Source: Octopus sinensis (Eukaryota). From it: a stretch of 64,000 bases of DNA. Each line of letters opens with the position of its first letter. Position 1 is the stretch's first letter. The translations under genes were made by a program, and so were the position numbers. The stretch spans positions 24,304,001-24,368,000 of the forward strand of contig NC_043009.1 in the NCBI RefSeq assembly GCF_006345805.1, given 5' to 3'. This document shows positions 14,401 through 27,195 of this stretch, in pieces. The notes beneath the pieces are model-generated. The model saw nothing but the letters and a program-made list of their open reading frames with translations, was not told where the DNA came from and ran no database searches.

Positions 14401-14484
14401 CTGCTACTTTCTCGCAGTTACATATATGCCAGTACCAGTAGACCCAGACAGAAAAAGAAATTTCATTGGTAATTAGTGGTAGTT
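14401..14484 (-). CDS. Putative 84-nt phase 1-1 exon (ELPLITNEISFSVWVYWYWHICNCEKVA)
   Basis: Acceptor ttttctccttgttcatatgcag, donor CAG|gtaaat; in frame with neighbouring exons. Confidence 0.55.
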
Positions 14485-14551
14485 CTGCATATGAACAAGG
14501 AGAAAATTGGTTACAAATGAAGTAGATTAACCATAATGAAATACAACCTAC

Positions 14552-14630
14552 CTGACGTTGGCTGTGCTTGTATGTAGAGGGAGAGAAGCGGAACGGAAAA
14601 AGGAAGGAACCTTTCATCTGCTTCCTTCAT
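14552..14630 (-). CDS. Putative first coding exon (MKEADERFLPFSVPLLSLYIQAQPTS), weak signal-peptide-like
   Basis: ATG at 14630, donor CAG|gtaggt, 67-nt intron, phase 1. Confidence 0.45.
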
Positions 14631-14781
14631 TCATTACAATTTTCAAACACAGGCTGTACTATAAATGAACGGTACATTTATATATATGTATATTTTTATA
14701 TCTGGAAAAATATGGATATTTCATTCTGTTCCTGCTATTCTGTTCGCATTATTCTGCGATTGAGAATTAATTATTTCTGCA

Positions 14782-14817
<36 letters not shown>

Positions 14818-15035
14818 TGTATGTATGTATGTATGTATGTATGTATGTATGTATGTATGTATGTATGTATGTATGGATATACATCTATATTTATCTATCT
14901 ATATAACTATATGTATATGTACATATACATGCATATGTATATATAAAGAACTTTTCACCCGCTTCCTTCATTCATTACAATTTTCAAACAAAAGTTGTAT
15001 TTTAGATAATCGCTGTATATTTATATATATATATA

Positions 15036-15083
<48 letters not shown>

Positions 15084-15185
15084 TGCGTGTGTGTGTGTGT
15101 GTTTTCTGCAAAAATATGGATATTTTATCCTGTTCCTGCAATTCAGTTAGCATTATTTTGTGTTTCAGATGTACTTCTGTATATA
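14610..15185. repeat. Local diverged direct duplication, period ~340 bp
   Basis: GCTTCCTTCATTCATTACAATTTTCAAACA at ~14620 and ~14962; AAAAATATGGATATTT..CTGTTCCTGC at ~14706 and ~15110. Confidence 0.85.
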
Positions 15186-16000
15186 TATATATATATATTA
15201 TATATATAATATATATAGATATATATATATATATATATATAATAATTATATATATATATATAACTATATATGCATATGTATTGCAACGTGCATATCTATG
15301 TATTTATCTATCTGTCTAGCTATATATATTTATATATATAAGTGTGAGTGTGTATGTGTGTGTGTGTACGTGATATGTCTATGTTCCCTGATACATACTA
15401 CGACAATCTAATTTTTACTATTTGTGACATTTCGCTATTTCTTTTCGTAAATATTTCAAACAAAACTAACTTGAACAATACTCACTGCAATAGCTTTAGT
15501 AAATAATAGCAAATTGAGGAAATAGACAAAATAAACATAGCACATATTATGCATATGTAGCTTTAATTTTTTTTATTTAAATTTTGTTTATATACGAAAA
15601 AAAAAAATCATTTATCGAAAAGTTTCCCGTTTCTATATTTGCTTTGTTCTACATTGCAATATAACATTTTTGTTCTCCTTAATCGGCCGCCATTTTCAAT
15701 GACGTAGAATTTGACATGTTATTCAGTCGCTCATGTCATTTTGATACTCTTGTCAATGAGAAAAGAAAGCCCCGTGATAGGGTGTTTCAATGCTTTTTCA
15801 CCGTCACAAAAACAATATTACTACCACATTATATACGTGTTCATACATACACATACATGCATATAACTAACAGAAATCCTTACACTCTTTAGCATTAAAT
15901 TAAGCATCAATAACAAACGACCACAACGACCATGACGTCAACAATAAAACTATAACACCAACAAAAAAAACAAAAATAATATGTATACACACACATATAG

Positions 16001-16039
<39 letters not shown>

Positions 16040-16309
16040 GTGTGTGTGTGTACGGGCGTTTATGTTCATATATAAATCTATGTAACATGATTGTGTGCGT
16101 TATATATATATATATATACATACACACACATACACCACACACACACATATATATGTATATATATATATATTATATATATATATATATATATTATAATATA
16201 TGCACATATATATATATATATATATATGTTTGTATGTATATTTATTTCTAAAAAATATACGCAGGAAAATAGACTTGCGCAATGATATGAAGTAGAGTCA
16301 CGCAGTTAA

Positions 16310-16504
16310 AAATAACAAATAACAATAATAAAAATTAGCAACAACAACATCGGTAATAAGAAAAGAAGGTGAAGATGATGAAGGAAAAGAATATGAATGA
16401 TAATAACAGCACCGAATACAGCAAGAGCAGTAACGACACCAATAATAAAAATTGTAGTAATGATAATAATAATGATGGTGATGCTGCTGCTGATAATAAT
16501 GATA

Positions 16505-16555
<51 letters not shown>

Positions 16556-16612
16556 GTAATAACGATAATAATAACGATAATAATAACGATAATAATAATG
16601 ATAATAACAATG

Positions 16613-16664
<52 letters not shown>

Positions 16665-16870
16665 GGATAATGATGATGATAATAAAAAGAAGGAATAGAA
16701 GAAGGAGGAGGAGAGGAGAAGAAGGTGGAGAAGGAGAAGAAGAAACGAATAAGAATAATAAAAGAATTGTAATGTTGAATATGCCAACGATAAAAAATTC
16801 TAAAAAATAAGAGTTAAAAAATGTCATTAACAAAGATGAAAATGATAATGATAATCATAATGATCGTCAT
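16310..16870. repeat. Compound (AAT)/(GAT)/(GAA) trinucleotide low-complexity tract
   Basis: Direct reading. Confidence 0.9.
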
Positions 16871-17297
16871 GTTGCCGAAGCTGGTACGGATGGTGACGAG
16901 GAACAGGAGAATGACGCAATTAAATGAAGCGAAAAATAAAAAAAAAGTGGGGCGAACAAATATTCAAAAGAAACAAAATGGGAAAAAAAAACAATAAAAA
17001 GAACAAAAAACAAAACAAAACAAAGAACAAAAGCGAAAGCATTAACAAAGAAAACTTAGAAAAGCAAAACGATTTTTGTGTCGTAATACAATACACCGTA
17101 TAAACGAATTATGAAAATATGATTAGAATCATAGCGTCTTAATACATTCTTCACAAATGTCTATTTGAATGTAAGTGTTTCATTTCCAAAAATCTACGTT
17201 TATATATTTATTTAATGTGAATTTATGTTTTCTTGTACGTTTTTATCGGTGGTAAAGGTGGTTGTGATAGAATTAGGATGCCTTAATTGAAACATTA

Positions 17298-17374
<77 letters not shown>

Positions 17375-17650
17375 TTATTATTATTATTATAGTTGCTTTT
17401 GCTGTTATTGTTTTTGTTCTACTTCATAACTCTCATTTGTTATATACATCACCACTTAATTTCATTACTTATGCAGTTTAAGATTTTTCAGGTAATATGG
17501 AAATATAAACACAATGTTGTTTATACATATACATACATACATACATACATACATACATACATACATACATACATACATACGTATACATACATATATATAT
17601 ATATACAGAGAGAGAGAGAGAGAGAGAGAGACCAAAGTGTACGTACGTAC

Positions 17651-17705
<55 letters not shown>

Positions 17706-18117
17706 AAGTGAATGGATAAGGATAATAGCTCTAAGCAGATACCGTTCAAATACTCAAGCATAATCCAAGTTAATCCAATTTCTGGCTAACTGCATCGAAT
17801 AACCTGGGATTTATCTAAGGTAAACAAGCCCAATGTATTTCACTCAATGGGTAAATCCTGAGTTCGCTTCGTTGGGTTAAAATTAGTTTACTGAATGTAC
17901 ATCCAGAACATAAAGATGGAGAATGTTTTATTTTGTACATTTACAGTTTCATAAAATTTTTTTGTGGGTATGGTGTGAAGTATTCATGTCCAGTTTGTTA
18001 ACATATAGCGGTTGAGTTGAAAGGAGATATATAAATTCTGCGTAAAAACTAAAGACATATTTTCCTTTATTTTTTTTAATTCAAATCCTCTAGGGAAACA
18101 CTTGAAAGTAAACTTAC

Positions 18118-18501
18118 ATTTGTCTGTGAAGAGCACAGGACTTCGGTTTCTCTTCCCTTCCAAAAAGAGTTGGAACAAGCTAATCAGATATTTTAAGTGA
18201 AATATGTTTTATTGGTTAAGGAAAAGATTATGCCACAACATGTGTCAGCATTAAAAGAGAGGATGGGGTGAAAGCATGAATCTAAGCAGTAAGAGATACG
18301 ACTGGTTGCAAGCTGGGGACGTAGTATTTCGAAGGAAGAACACAGGGGTCATTGTCATGGAAATCAGTTTTTACGTTTGTAGTATCATAGGAGCAGGTCG
18401 TCGATAGAGATGTAATATTTAGTGATATGTGGTCAGGTGACATTGCCAAGAACAAATAGTTATTAAGACTTTGTATAGTCTCACTGTAACACAACTATTT
18501 C
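18118..18501 (-). pseudogene. Paralog of the 13174-13551 exon, with indels and stops
   Basis: Acceptor tttttacag, donor AAT|gtaagt, 384 nt versus 378 nt; shared YK/SL, SxNxT, TDFxxN, YxPS and KRN motifs. Confidence 0.6.
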
Positions 18502-19054
18502 CTGTAAAAAGTGCTAAAATTAAGACCTTAAAACTCTACATTCAAAGAAAACAACAAGGTTTCTATAAATGTAGAATCCAAACTCTTTCAAATGCTTTCT
18601 GCTATCCACAGTCTGTCACAGTTTCTGAAATGGTGGAATAGATCATCTTGTGCGCAGTCCTTAATACTTGTGTGGGACCCCACCATCCCTAAACAGTAGT
18701 GATTAGGGACACCACTCCATCGCCATGAGGCATATAATAGATAATGGTTACAAGCGGAAATACTGAAAATGTCGAGGGAATTACTGAAGGGAGAGAAAGG
18801 AGAAAAATAAGTTTTAAAAATGATGAAGAGCAAAACAGGTGAGGAATGTGAAAGCTCTCAAAATTATGTCTCCCTTCCGAGTAATGACGAAGGCAATTTA
18901 GTGAAAGACAAGGCTCTGAGATTCACCGTCGTTTGAAAACGAAGCCAACAGTTTTAGAAACTCACGGGTCTGTGGTGGCATGTAGGAAATAACAGCAGTG
19001 AACTTCAATTAAGAATATTAAAAGAAGTTAATTACCTTTTGGAATCACACCGAC

Positions 19055-19265
19055 ACATAAAGTCCGGTTAGTCGGTTTTCATGGCGTATGAATTCTCCAC
19101 CTGGATGCCGCAGGGTTACTTATTTTTGCCAACTGAGTGGAATGGAGCAGAGGGAAATCTAGGGTTTTGGTCAAGAACACAACGTGTTGCCCGATCCAGG
19201 AAACAAAAGCACGATCTTATGATCATAAGTCCAACACCCTAACCACTAAGCTACTCACCGCCACA
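19055..19265 (-). mobile_element. Degenerate tRNA-SINE
   Basis: CCCTAACCACTAAGC head; body as in 37836 copy, tail as in 35560 copy. Confidence 0.7.
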
Positions 19266-19571
19266 GTTAAGAATATAGGGGACACAGGAAGGACATGTTA
19301 TAGGTAATACAATAAAAATTTGTTACAAAGAATAGACGCAACAACATCATCAAAATATGGATTATAATATATTCTAATGATTAAAAAACAATAATAATGG
19401 ATCCCTTGTGTGCCCGAGAGAAAAGGGTGAGCATTGACTGAGAGTAGGAGTCAGGGCTGATCAAATTCGTTTTCCCCACTAGTCTCTTCTTTATCCGTGA
19501 ACGAGAACCGCAAATATTTTTCACGTTATATTTTCTTTTAATTACGATATTCATTAATTATTGTTTAAAGA

Positions 19572-21065
19572 AAAAGGCGGTAAGCGAGCAGAACACATAA
19601 CGCGTCGGAAAAAATGCTGAGTGCGTCGGATAAAATGCTCAGCAGCATTTTTTGGCTCTTTATGTTCTGAGTCCAAATTCACCAGAGGCCAAATTTCGAT
19701 TCCTCCACTCCTGCGGTTAATAAAATAAAGTTACTTACCAGAACTAGAGTCGATATATCGACTTGTCCACTTAACTCTAAAGCACCTAGCTTTTACCGAA
19801 ATTAGAAATAATTAATTATCAATTATTAATTATTGCTTAAGAGCAGTCATGTTAGTGTATCTTTCCGAGTGCTTGTGGCAAACAACGGATTGTCAGAATC
19901 GTTAGAGCATTCGAAAAGTGACCGCGTAGGATTCGTTTCCGACTCTTTCCATTCTTTTCCTTCTGTGTTCCAATTGCGCCGTGATTAACTTTATCTTTTA
20001 TTCATCCGAGGCCAATACCAGTGAGTACGAGTGAAGCATTCACTTAGGATTATGTGAAGATTGTTCGAAAATAATTGTTCGAAAACAATTATTCGAATGA
20101 AAAATTGTATGGATGAAAAGTATTCAAAAGGACAATTATACAAAATGTCAATTATTCTATATTTTTAAAATTTATTTAAACAAAAATGATAAAATTAGAA
20201 ATCAAATTTTTTGAATAATTGTTTTCGGACAATTTTCATGATAGGTTCACTTAGATGACATCGACTAAGATGCAACCCATCTTCAAAAGTGCAGCCCTGT
20301 ATCTAAATTAGAAATCATTCCCAGTGTTACGTATTATTATGTAATCTAGGAGATTATTCGCGCCCTGAGTTAAAATTCAACTAAGGTCGATTATTCATTC
20401 CGCCTTCTAGATGTGGCGAGGGGCCAGAATCATTATAACATCGGACAAAATTTTCAGCGGCATTTATTCCGTCTTTTACGTTCTGCGACCAAATTCCACC
20501 TAGGTTAACATTGCCTTCATTATTTCGGGGCCAATAGAATAAAGACTGGTGGTGGTGGGGACATCATCGACTGGTCACCTCTTCTCAAATTTGATGGCCG
20601 TGTAACAAACTTAAAATGAATAATTTATTATTTAAACTTAATCGTTTGATTGTATCTCTTAAAGCACTTTTGATAAACTATGGGCGGTAGAGCGTCGGAT
20701 AGAAGAAAAAAAATAGTCCACGCGTGACTTAATCCGACCCGTTGTTAACTTTACCATTCATCATTTCAGGGCTGATAACAAAAGCACCAGTACAGCCCTG
20801 GGACCAACGTTACCGAATAAGCCACCCCTGCAAAATAGCTGGCCTATGCTTAAAGCAGAAATCATCATCAATGAAGATTAAGCTTAAGATTAAGACGGCA
20901 AGTTGCTAGAACCGTTAGAATTTCGGAATCGTTAGAATGCGGAATTTCCACCGGCTTCTGACGTTCTGAGTTGAAATTCCGCTTATATCTACGGTGCTTC
21001 CCTTTAATACCAAACATTCTCCCCAGAATTTCAGGCCTTGTGTCTATGTTAGATATAATTATTCA
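19572..21065 (+). mobile_element. Cluster of about five co-oriented old Nin-type SINE copies
   Basis: Recurrent head/body motifs (GGCG..GAG..GCAGAA; GTTCTGAG..CAAATTC; ATAAAATAAAG; GGCCT..TG..TAAATTAGAAA) near 19575, 19880, 20415, 20685 and 20895. Confidence 0.65.
20048..20245. mobile_element. Small MITE-like element with 9-bp target-site duplication
   Basis: TTCACTTAG at 20039-20047 and 20246-20254; imperfect TIRs built from AATTGTTCGAAAA units. Confidence 0.65.
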
Positions 21066-21702
21066 ACTGACAGACTTCTTGTAATACTTATTCAGACTGA
21101 GTTAATGTTCAGATATATATGTTAACAACAAAAACAAAAGAAAATCAAACTAAGAGTTAATGCAATAAATCAAAATGATATTTAAGAATCAGTAAGTAAA
21201 AGAATAAAAAAAAATAGAGCACAACATAAAGACTGACTAGAACAAATAAACAAGAGAGAGAGGGAGACGAGAGAGAGAGGGGGGAGAGAGGTGAGAGGGC
21301 GAGAGAGTGGGAGGAATAAGGGAAGGGAAAGGTGAGAGACAAACGTAGTAAAACAAAACTATTGCCAATAGAAATTAAGTGTTCCGTCGCATACGCAGAA
21401 TAATATGGATGTAAGCGTATTTGCGGAGCTCTATGTGTTTGTACACACACACACAGACACACACACATGCACTGAAACAAACACACACACAAACACATTT
21501 CTACACACATACACATACGAATGTGTGCATATGTGTACGTGTGTGTGTTTATGTGTTTATTTAAGTATAAATGCATATACCCATTTCTATATCTGTCCTT
21601 CTCTCTCCCTGTACCTATCTATATGTATATTCATATATTTACATAAAATATTGATATATATACATATATATATGTATGTATGTATGTATTTATGTATGTA
21701 TG

Positions 21703-21783
<81 letters not shown>

Positions 21784-22872
21784 GACTCTTGTATATATCT
21801 ATATACTTACCATTCTCTCTGTCTTTCTATATATATATACACAGGCACACACACACACATACATACATACTTACATACGCATATGCATATGTATATATTA
21901 GATACATATATACATACATACGTATGCGCACACACACACATACACACATTTGCGTATGCATATATGTGTGTGTGTTTGTGTGGTGTGTGTGGTGTGTGTG
22001 TGTGTGTGTGTGTGTGTGAATACAAACATATCTAAGGACACAGACCAGTGGATACGACACAAATATAAAGAGGCCATTAGGTTATATTTGTAGTTCCACT
22101 AGGTGGCGCTTGTTTCTATATTTTACTTATTCTTTGTCCTTTTTGAAATATTTCTTTTTTTTCATCGCAGTTTATTTTACATGAACTTTTGTATATTTTT
22201 TCTTGTTTTTTTTTTATTTGATAACGGAATTCAGTGGAATGGCTATATGTGTCAATTTGACAATTGAAAACAATGAAGTGCTTTTTCGTACGTGGCATAT
22301 GTATGCATAGGTGTGGCTTTGTGGCAAAGAAACTTTAATTTCATAACAATGATTTTAAGGGCTCCACATTACATTCTGTAGCGAGGAACATCAAACATGC
22401 GTCGACACCTATAGAGTTGAATAGCTCCATACGTACAGAAAAAAGTACTCAGGTATTTGTACGAGTCTTGAGGTCCCAGTCATGAATGATTTTGTAGTGA
22501 ATATGGCTCGATTAAAATGTTGAATAACCCCTACTAGTTAATGTGCTCTTGTTCTGAAAATTCCCTTAAAAAACGAAATTTTGAAATACTAATGTGACGT
22601 TTGTTTTTTTCTTATATATGTATACATTTCGAAACGCGGAGTAGATAAAACAGGGGACAACTGATGAAGGGAATGTTCTTTATGTTACCTGTCACGTTTC
22701 TCTGTTTGCCAGCCTCGTTCGTTGTTCGAAAAAGTTCGTTTTCTATGTTTTTGTTTTTTATGTTCTCGTCTCTCATCTTGCCTACCTCTATTGATGCCCT
22801 GTACCTACATATATATGTAGGTATGTACTTACATGTATGTATATATTTATATATTATTTACATTATACATAC

Positions 22873-22910
<38 letters not shown>

Positions 22911-22929
22911 GAATGTGTGTATAATAGCA

Positions 22930-23427
22930 GCAATAACCCATTAAGGGAATTTATAAACACTTAATGCATCGCGCGTTTTCACAAATCACATGTCTCTTAA
23001 AATCCCAGTCCGTATTCTTGAGATGATTACAATGTAGTCGATAGTAACCGTGGGCATTGGGTTGATCATCATCCTTAATTAACTTCTTCAGGCGATATAA
23101 CATTATTTGATGAACAACAGAGGGATGCTCATTCCCCGCCCTTTTTTTTTCACCAATATGAAGGTCAAGCGAATTTTGTGTGTATTCATGTGTGTGTTCC
23201 CCACCAAACGCACACGGAACTACTCAGAGAACTCGCTTGACCTTCATAACATCTCCATATGTTGTACGTCAACTAATCAATGATAATTATCAACCAGATG
23301 CGCACGTATATTACGGACAACACTGAAATCATACCAGAAATTCGGACTGTGATCATAATAGTCATATGATGTATAGAAACGCGTGTAGCGATGTATTAAA
23401 TATTTATATATTCCATCCAAGGATTAT
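22930..23427. repeat. ~500-bp degenerate palindrome (fold-back/MITE-like)
   Basis: TATGAAGGTCAAGCGA...TCGCTTGACCTTCATA inner arms; outer arms also complementary. Confidence 0.8.
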
Positions 23428-23453
23428 TATTATTATTATTATTATTATTATAA

Positions 23454-23500
<47 letters not shown>

Positions 23501-23649
23501 GTTATTATTCTATTTATCCTACGTTATATCGGTACAACTTGATGAAACCCCGAAACACTGGCTCACTATTCGACATCATTAGACGCTGGCAGGCATATTA
23601 GTATAGGAGCTTTGTTTCCATATTCAAAACATTGTCATAAACAAACTGA

Positions 23650-23689
<40 letters not shown>

Positions 23690-23691
23690 GC

Positions 23692-23774
<83 letters not shown>

Positions 23775-23821
23775 ATGAATGAATGAGGGAAAGGGAAAAT
23801 GGAGTTTGCAAGAATCTTTAT

Positions 23822-24029
23822 TCAACACAAAGATCTTTCGACCGACTCGCCATGTGTCCTTTGTGGGTGGGATATTGCACAGCTAGTTGTGTTGGATTCA
23901 CTAGTGCGAAATGCACCTCGTCGGGTGTCTCGTTTTAAATAAGTTACTGTGCTAAATATACTTCGTTTGTTAACTATACTGATAGTGGATGGATAAAATT
24001 TCCAAGTTATAACTAGTAAATGGGTCTGG
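23822..24029 (-). CDS. Further paralogous exon (QTHLLVITWKFYPSTISIVNKR...THGESVERSLC*)
   Basis: Acceptor gaactatag, 68 open codons, stop overlaps AATAAA; LL, ST, R spacing and T.G..VER..C shared with the 13.4 kb exon. Confidence 0.55.
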
Positions 24030-24958
24030 CTATAGTTCACAGTGAATACATGACATATAGTGAAGTAATAAAAGATTGACGATAAAAAATGACAAAGGAT
24101 TAGAATTAAAGATAACAATGAGGAAAGATAAGTATAAACGTGTTAACATGTAAACAAGTACAGACGTACATACACTCACTCCACGCGCTCGCGCCGTTAA
24201 GGAGATGTCATTGAATACAGTCACCAACAACTAAGGTGGTCATATTAGAGGTCATATTAGATTGCTACACCCTCGCTGTACGGCCAGTTTTCAGATGATG
24301 GGCCGGTGTTTTTAGGTAACCTAAACGGTGAAAGTGCTTTAACTGGCAAACTACTGACCATATAGCCAAGGTTCACATACTTTATTGTCTCTTTTACTTT
24401 TCTTATTCTTTTTATTTTTCTTATTTACTCCAGGTCTTTGATTTCCTGATAATTTCATGTAGACAGCTCTCTGTAATATCGCAACGGAATCTGTCCCTCA
24501 TCATTTTCTGCCAAACGGCTTAAACCTACGAACCCTAACAACATGCTGTATTTAAACCTTGCGAAACAAAGTTTATTTAACGAGATACCCTTATAACATC
24601 ATCTGACGAAACATTTCTCCACCGAGGGACACATCTGCGGGGAACCAATGCAAGATGAGTCGAAACGATCATCGTGATCAATAGATATACATGCGTGTAT
24701 GTTAATATTTCGCTTAGGCATTAAATAACCTGGGGAAAGAACGTATGCTTCTTCCAGTTACATAGCGTAAAGTGAGATTACATAAATAATAAGGGAACAA
24801 GAACTTCATACGTAATGAACTTCATTATCCTACAGCTGTTTCTGCCATAAAATGTATGCACTCATTGTTAAGTGCTTGTGTATCACATTTTAGCTTAGTT
24901 GGAGATTCAAAAGGGAGGTGCAATTTTATTTGGCAAACGTTTAAATATATCGATTTTG

Positions 24959-25005
<47 letters not shown>

Positions 25006-25161
25006 GTGGGGGAGAATATGAGCCTAGTGTGCCTGTGTTGCATGTTTGAAAATATATACGAACTAAAGAAAATATCAGTTCATTCTAACAAAAGTGTTGA
25101 GTTCTATATTAGATGACCTTTATGCTAACTATAATTTCCCCCTCTTTTTTTCTCTCTGTCT

Positions 25162-25204
<43 letters not shown>

Positions 25205-25254
25205 ATGTATGTATGCATGCATATAAATATGTACACACACACACACACACACAC

Positions 25255-25292
<38 letters not shown>

Positions 25293-26691
25293 TATTATTA
25301 TTATATATATATATATATTCAGAGAGAGAAAGGGAGATAGAGAGAGTGAGAGGGGGAGAGCAAAGCGAAAAAACGAGAGAGAGAAAGATAACTAGATTGA
25401 TAGATAAAGAGTGATGGAGTTTATGTAGATTCAAGATATGACTTTTCTTTTAACACTGAAAAACGTTTCCTTTTACTTAGCATTCCGATTAAGCTATTCA
25501 TTTTTTTAAGTTTCAGCGTTCGCCATGTTCATAACATCAATTACCCTCCACGTACAAAAATGAAAAAAAAAAAGAAACATGAAAAAGAAAAAAGAAACAG
25601 ATGCATAACAGATATTAGCTTCATTGTACCTCTCAGTATATATCTCTCTCTCTCTCTCTCTCCCATCTGTCGTTTACTGTAAGATGATAATGAACACAAG
25701 TAATAAAACACCTGCCATAGTTTTATCAGAGATCCACACCTCTACCACAAAATAAAACTGACCTTTTGTTATGCTGGTCAATTATGGAACCAGTGTTCTA
25801 TAATACTACTAATACGATCGGTAATTATTCCTCATATTTGCTTTTTTTATTTGAGAATATCAACGATAAAGAACTGTTATTTTAGCCAATAGTGAAGGAT
25901 TAATTTAACGTAATATAATGCGTTGCTCTCGTCATAGTTTCGTTTGAAATCGTATATCCTGTATATTATATAAACCGGTCTTTTAACTCGATTTTCATCA
26001 AGATTCAGCCCCGTAAAATCAAGTTGGATTAGGCCTTGCGGTATTGCTGCTAGTCTATTTGAATAAAGATCTTGCGGTTCGAATCTGTATACAGTTTAGT
26101 TTCTTATTGTTTATCAGTCTGCTTTCGATTCCGGGTAGACCAATGGGCAAAGATCATTCAATCTAGAAGCAATAACCTCTTTCCTTGAATAATTTATCCG
26201 AGTCTAAACAATCCTATATGTTTCCATGCAAGACAACATCGTGTTATGTGTGAGGCATTTGGTTGGTATTTCTAGCAAGGAAAACAACCACGAAGGGGAA
26301 TCCTTCTCTGGTACGTTTATTTTTCTATTCTTTTATATTGTTCTTATTTCAATCATTGTGCTATGGCGAATATGGGGCAACCCCTTAAAGAGTTTATTGG
26401 AACAAATCAACCCCAGAAGTTGGATACTTATTTTATCGGTTCCTTTTGTTGAGACGCTAGTTACAAGGACCTAAAAAAACCAACACTAAGTCTCAAGCAT
26501 TTGGTGATGGTTGGGTAAACAATGACATGTACACACACAAATAAATACACACCACACACACACACACACACACACATACATACGCACACATACACACTGA
26601 ACTCAATCATGGAGCATAGGATGTTCTTGCAAAGCGATTTTCTTAGCCACCTTGATACAGATTTTTTCACTCAGATACACTACTTAGATTA

Positions 26692-27145
26692 CAGTAATCT
26701 TTCGTCATATCGCAGTTGGCCTATCGCGCATTCAGCACGTCGTGGTTCACGCATCGTGCACTCAGTACATCGCGGATTTTCTGGCTAATTTATATCGCGC
26801 ATTCTTTAGCATATCATGGGTTTCTGCGGGCGATAGATATTTAGACTTGTTTAGGTTTTAATTATATCTGTGGTAAAATAAGCATTTTCACTTTTAAAAA
26901 TTAAAAGATTATTAAATAAAAATGGAGTACAGTACTGCACTGTATAACACATTAATTAAAATATATTAAAAGAAAATACGTAGTGTAGGAGTAGATGAGA
27001 AAACAAAGATTTGCACATACTGTATGGAAAACAAAGCTCAGGAGGCGACTGAGCGGTATTGCTTTGCATTTATAATAAAATAAATATATGCAAATTATAA
27101 AAATGATAAAAAGTGTACAGTACAATACCTTTTCTACACCGTGAA
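26692..27145 (-). mobile_element. Truncated inverted copy of the pogo/Tigger-like MITE at 34318
   Basis: TA-CAGTAATC terminus; internal sequence is the reverse complement of 34390-34810. Confidence 0.8.
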
Positions 27146-27195
27146 ATATAATACATACATACATATATATATATTTATATATATATATGTATGTA

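Noticed and set aside
24600-24675. CTGACGA...GAAAC possible hammerhead (also ~22660 and ~23540)
   Set aside because: Could not build convincing stems.
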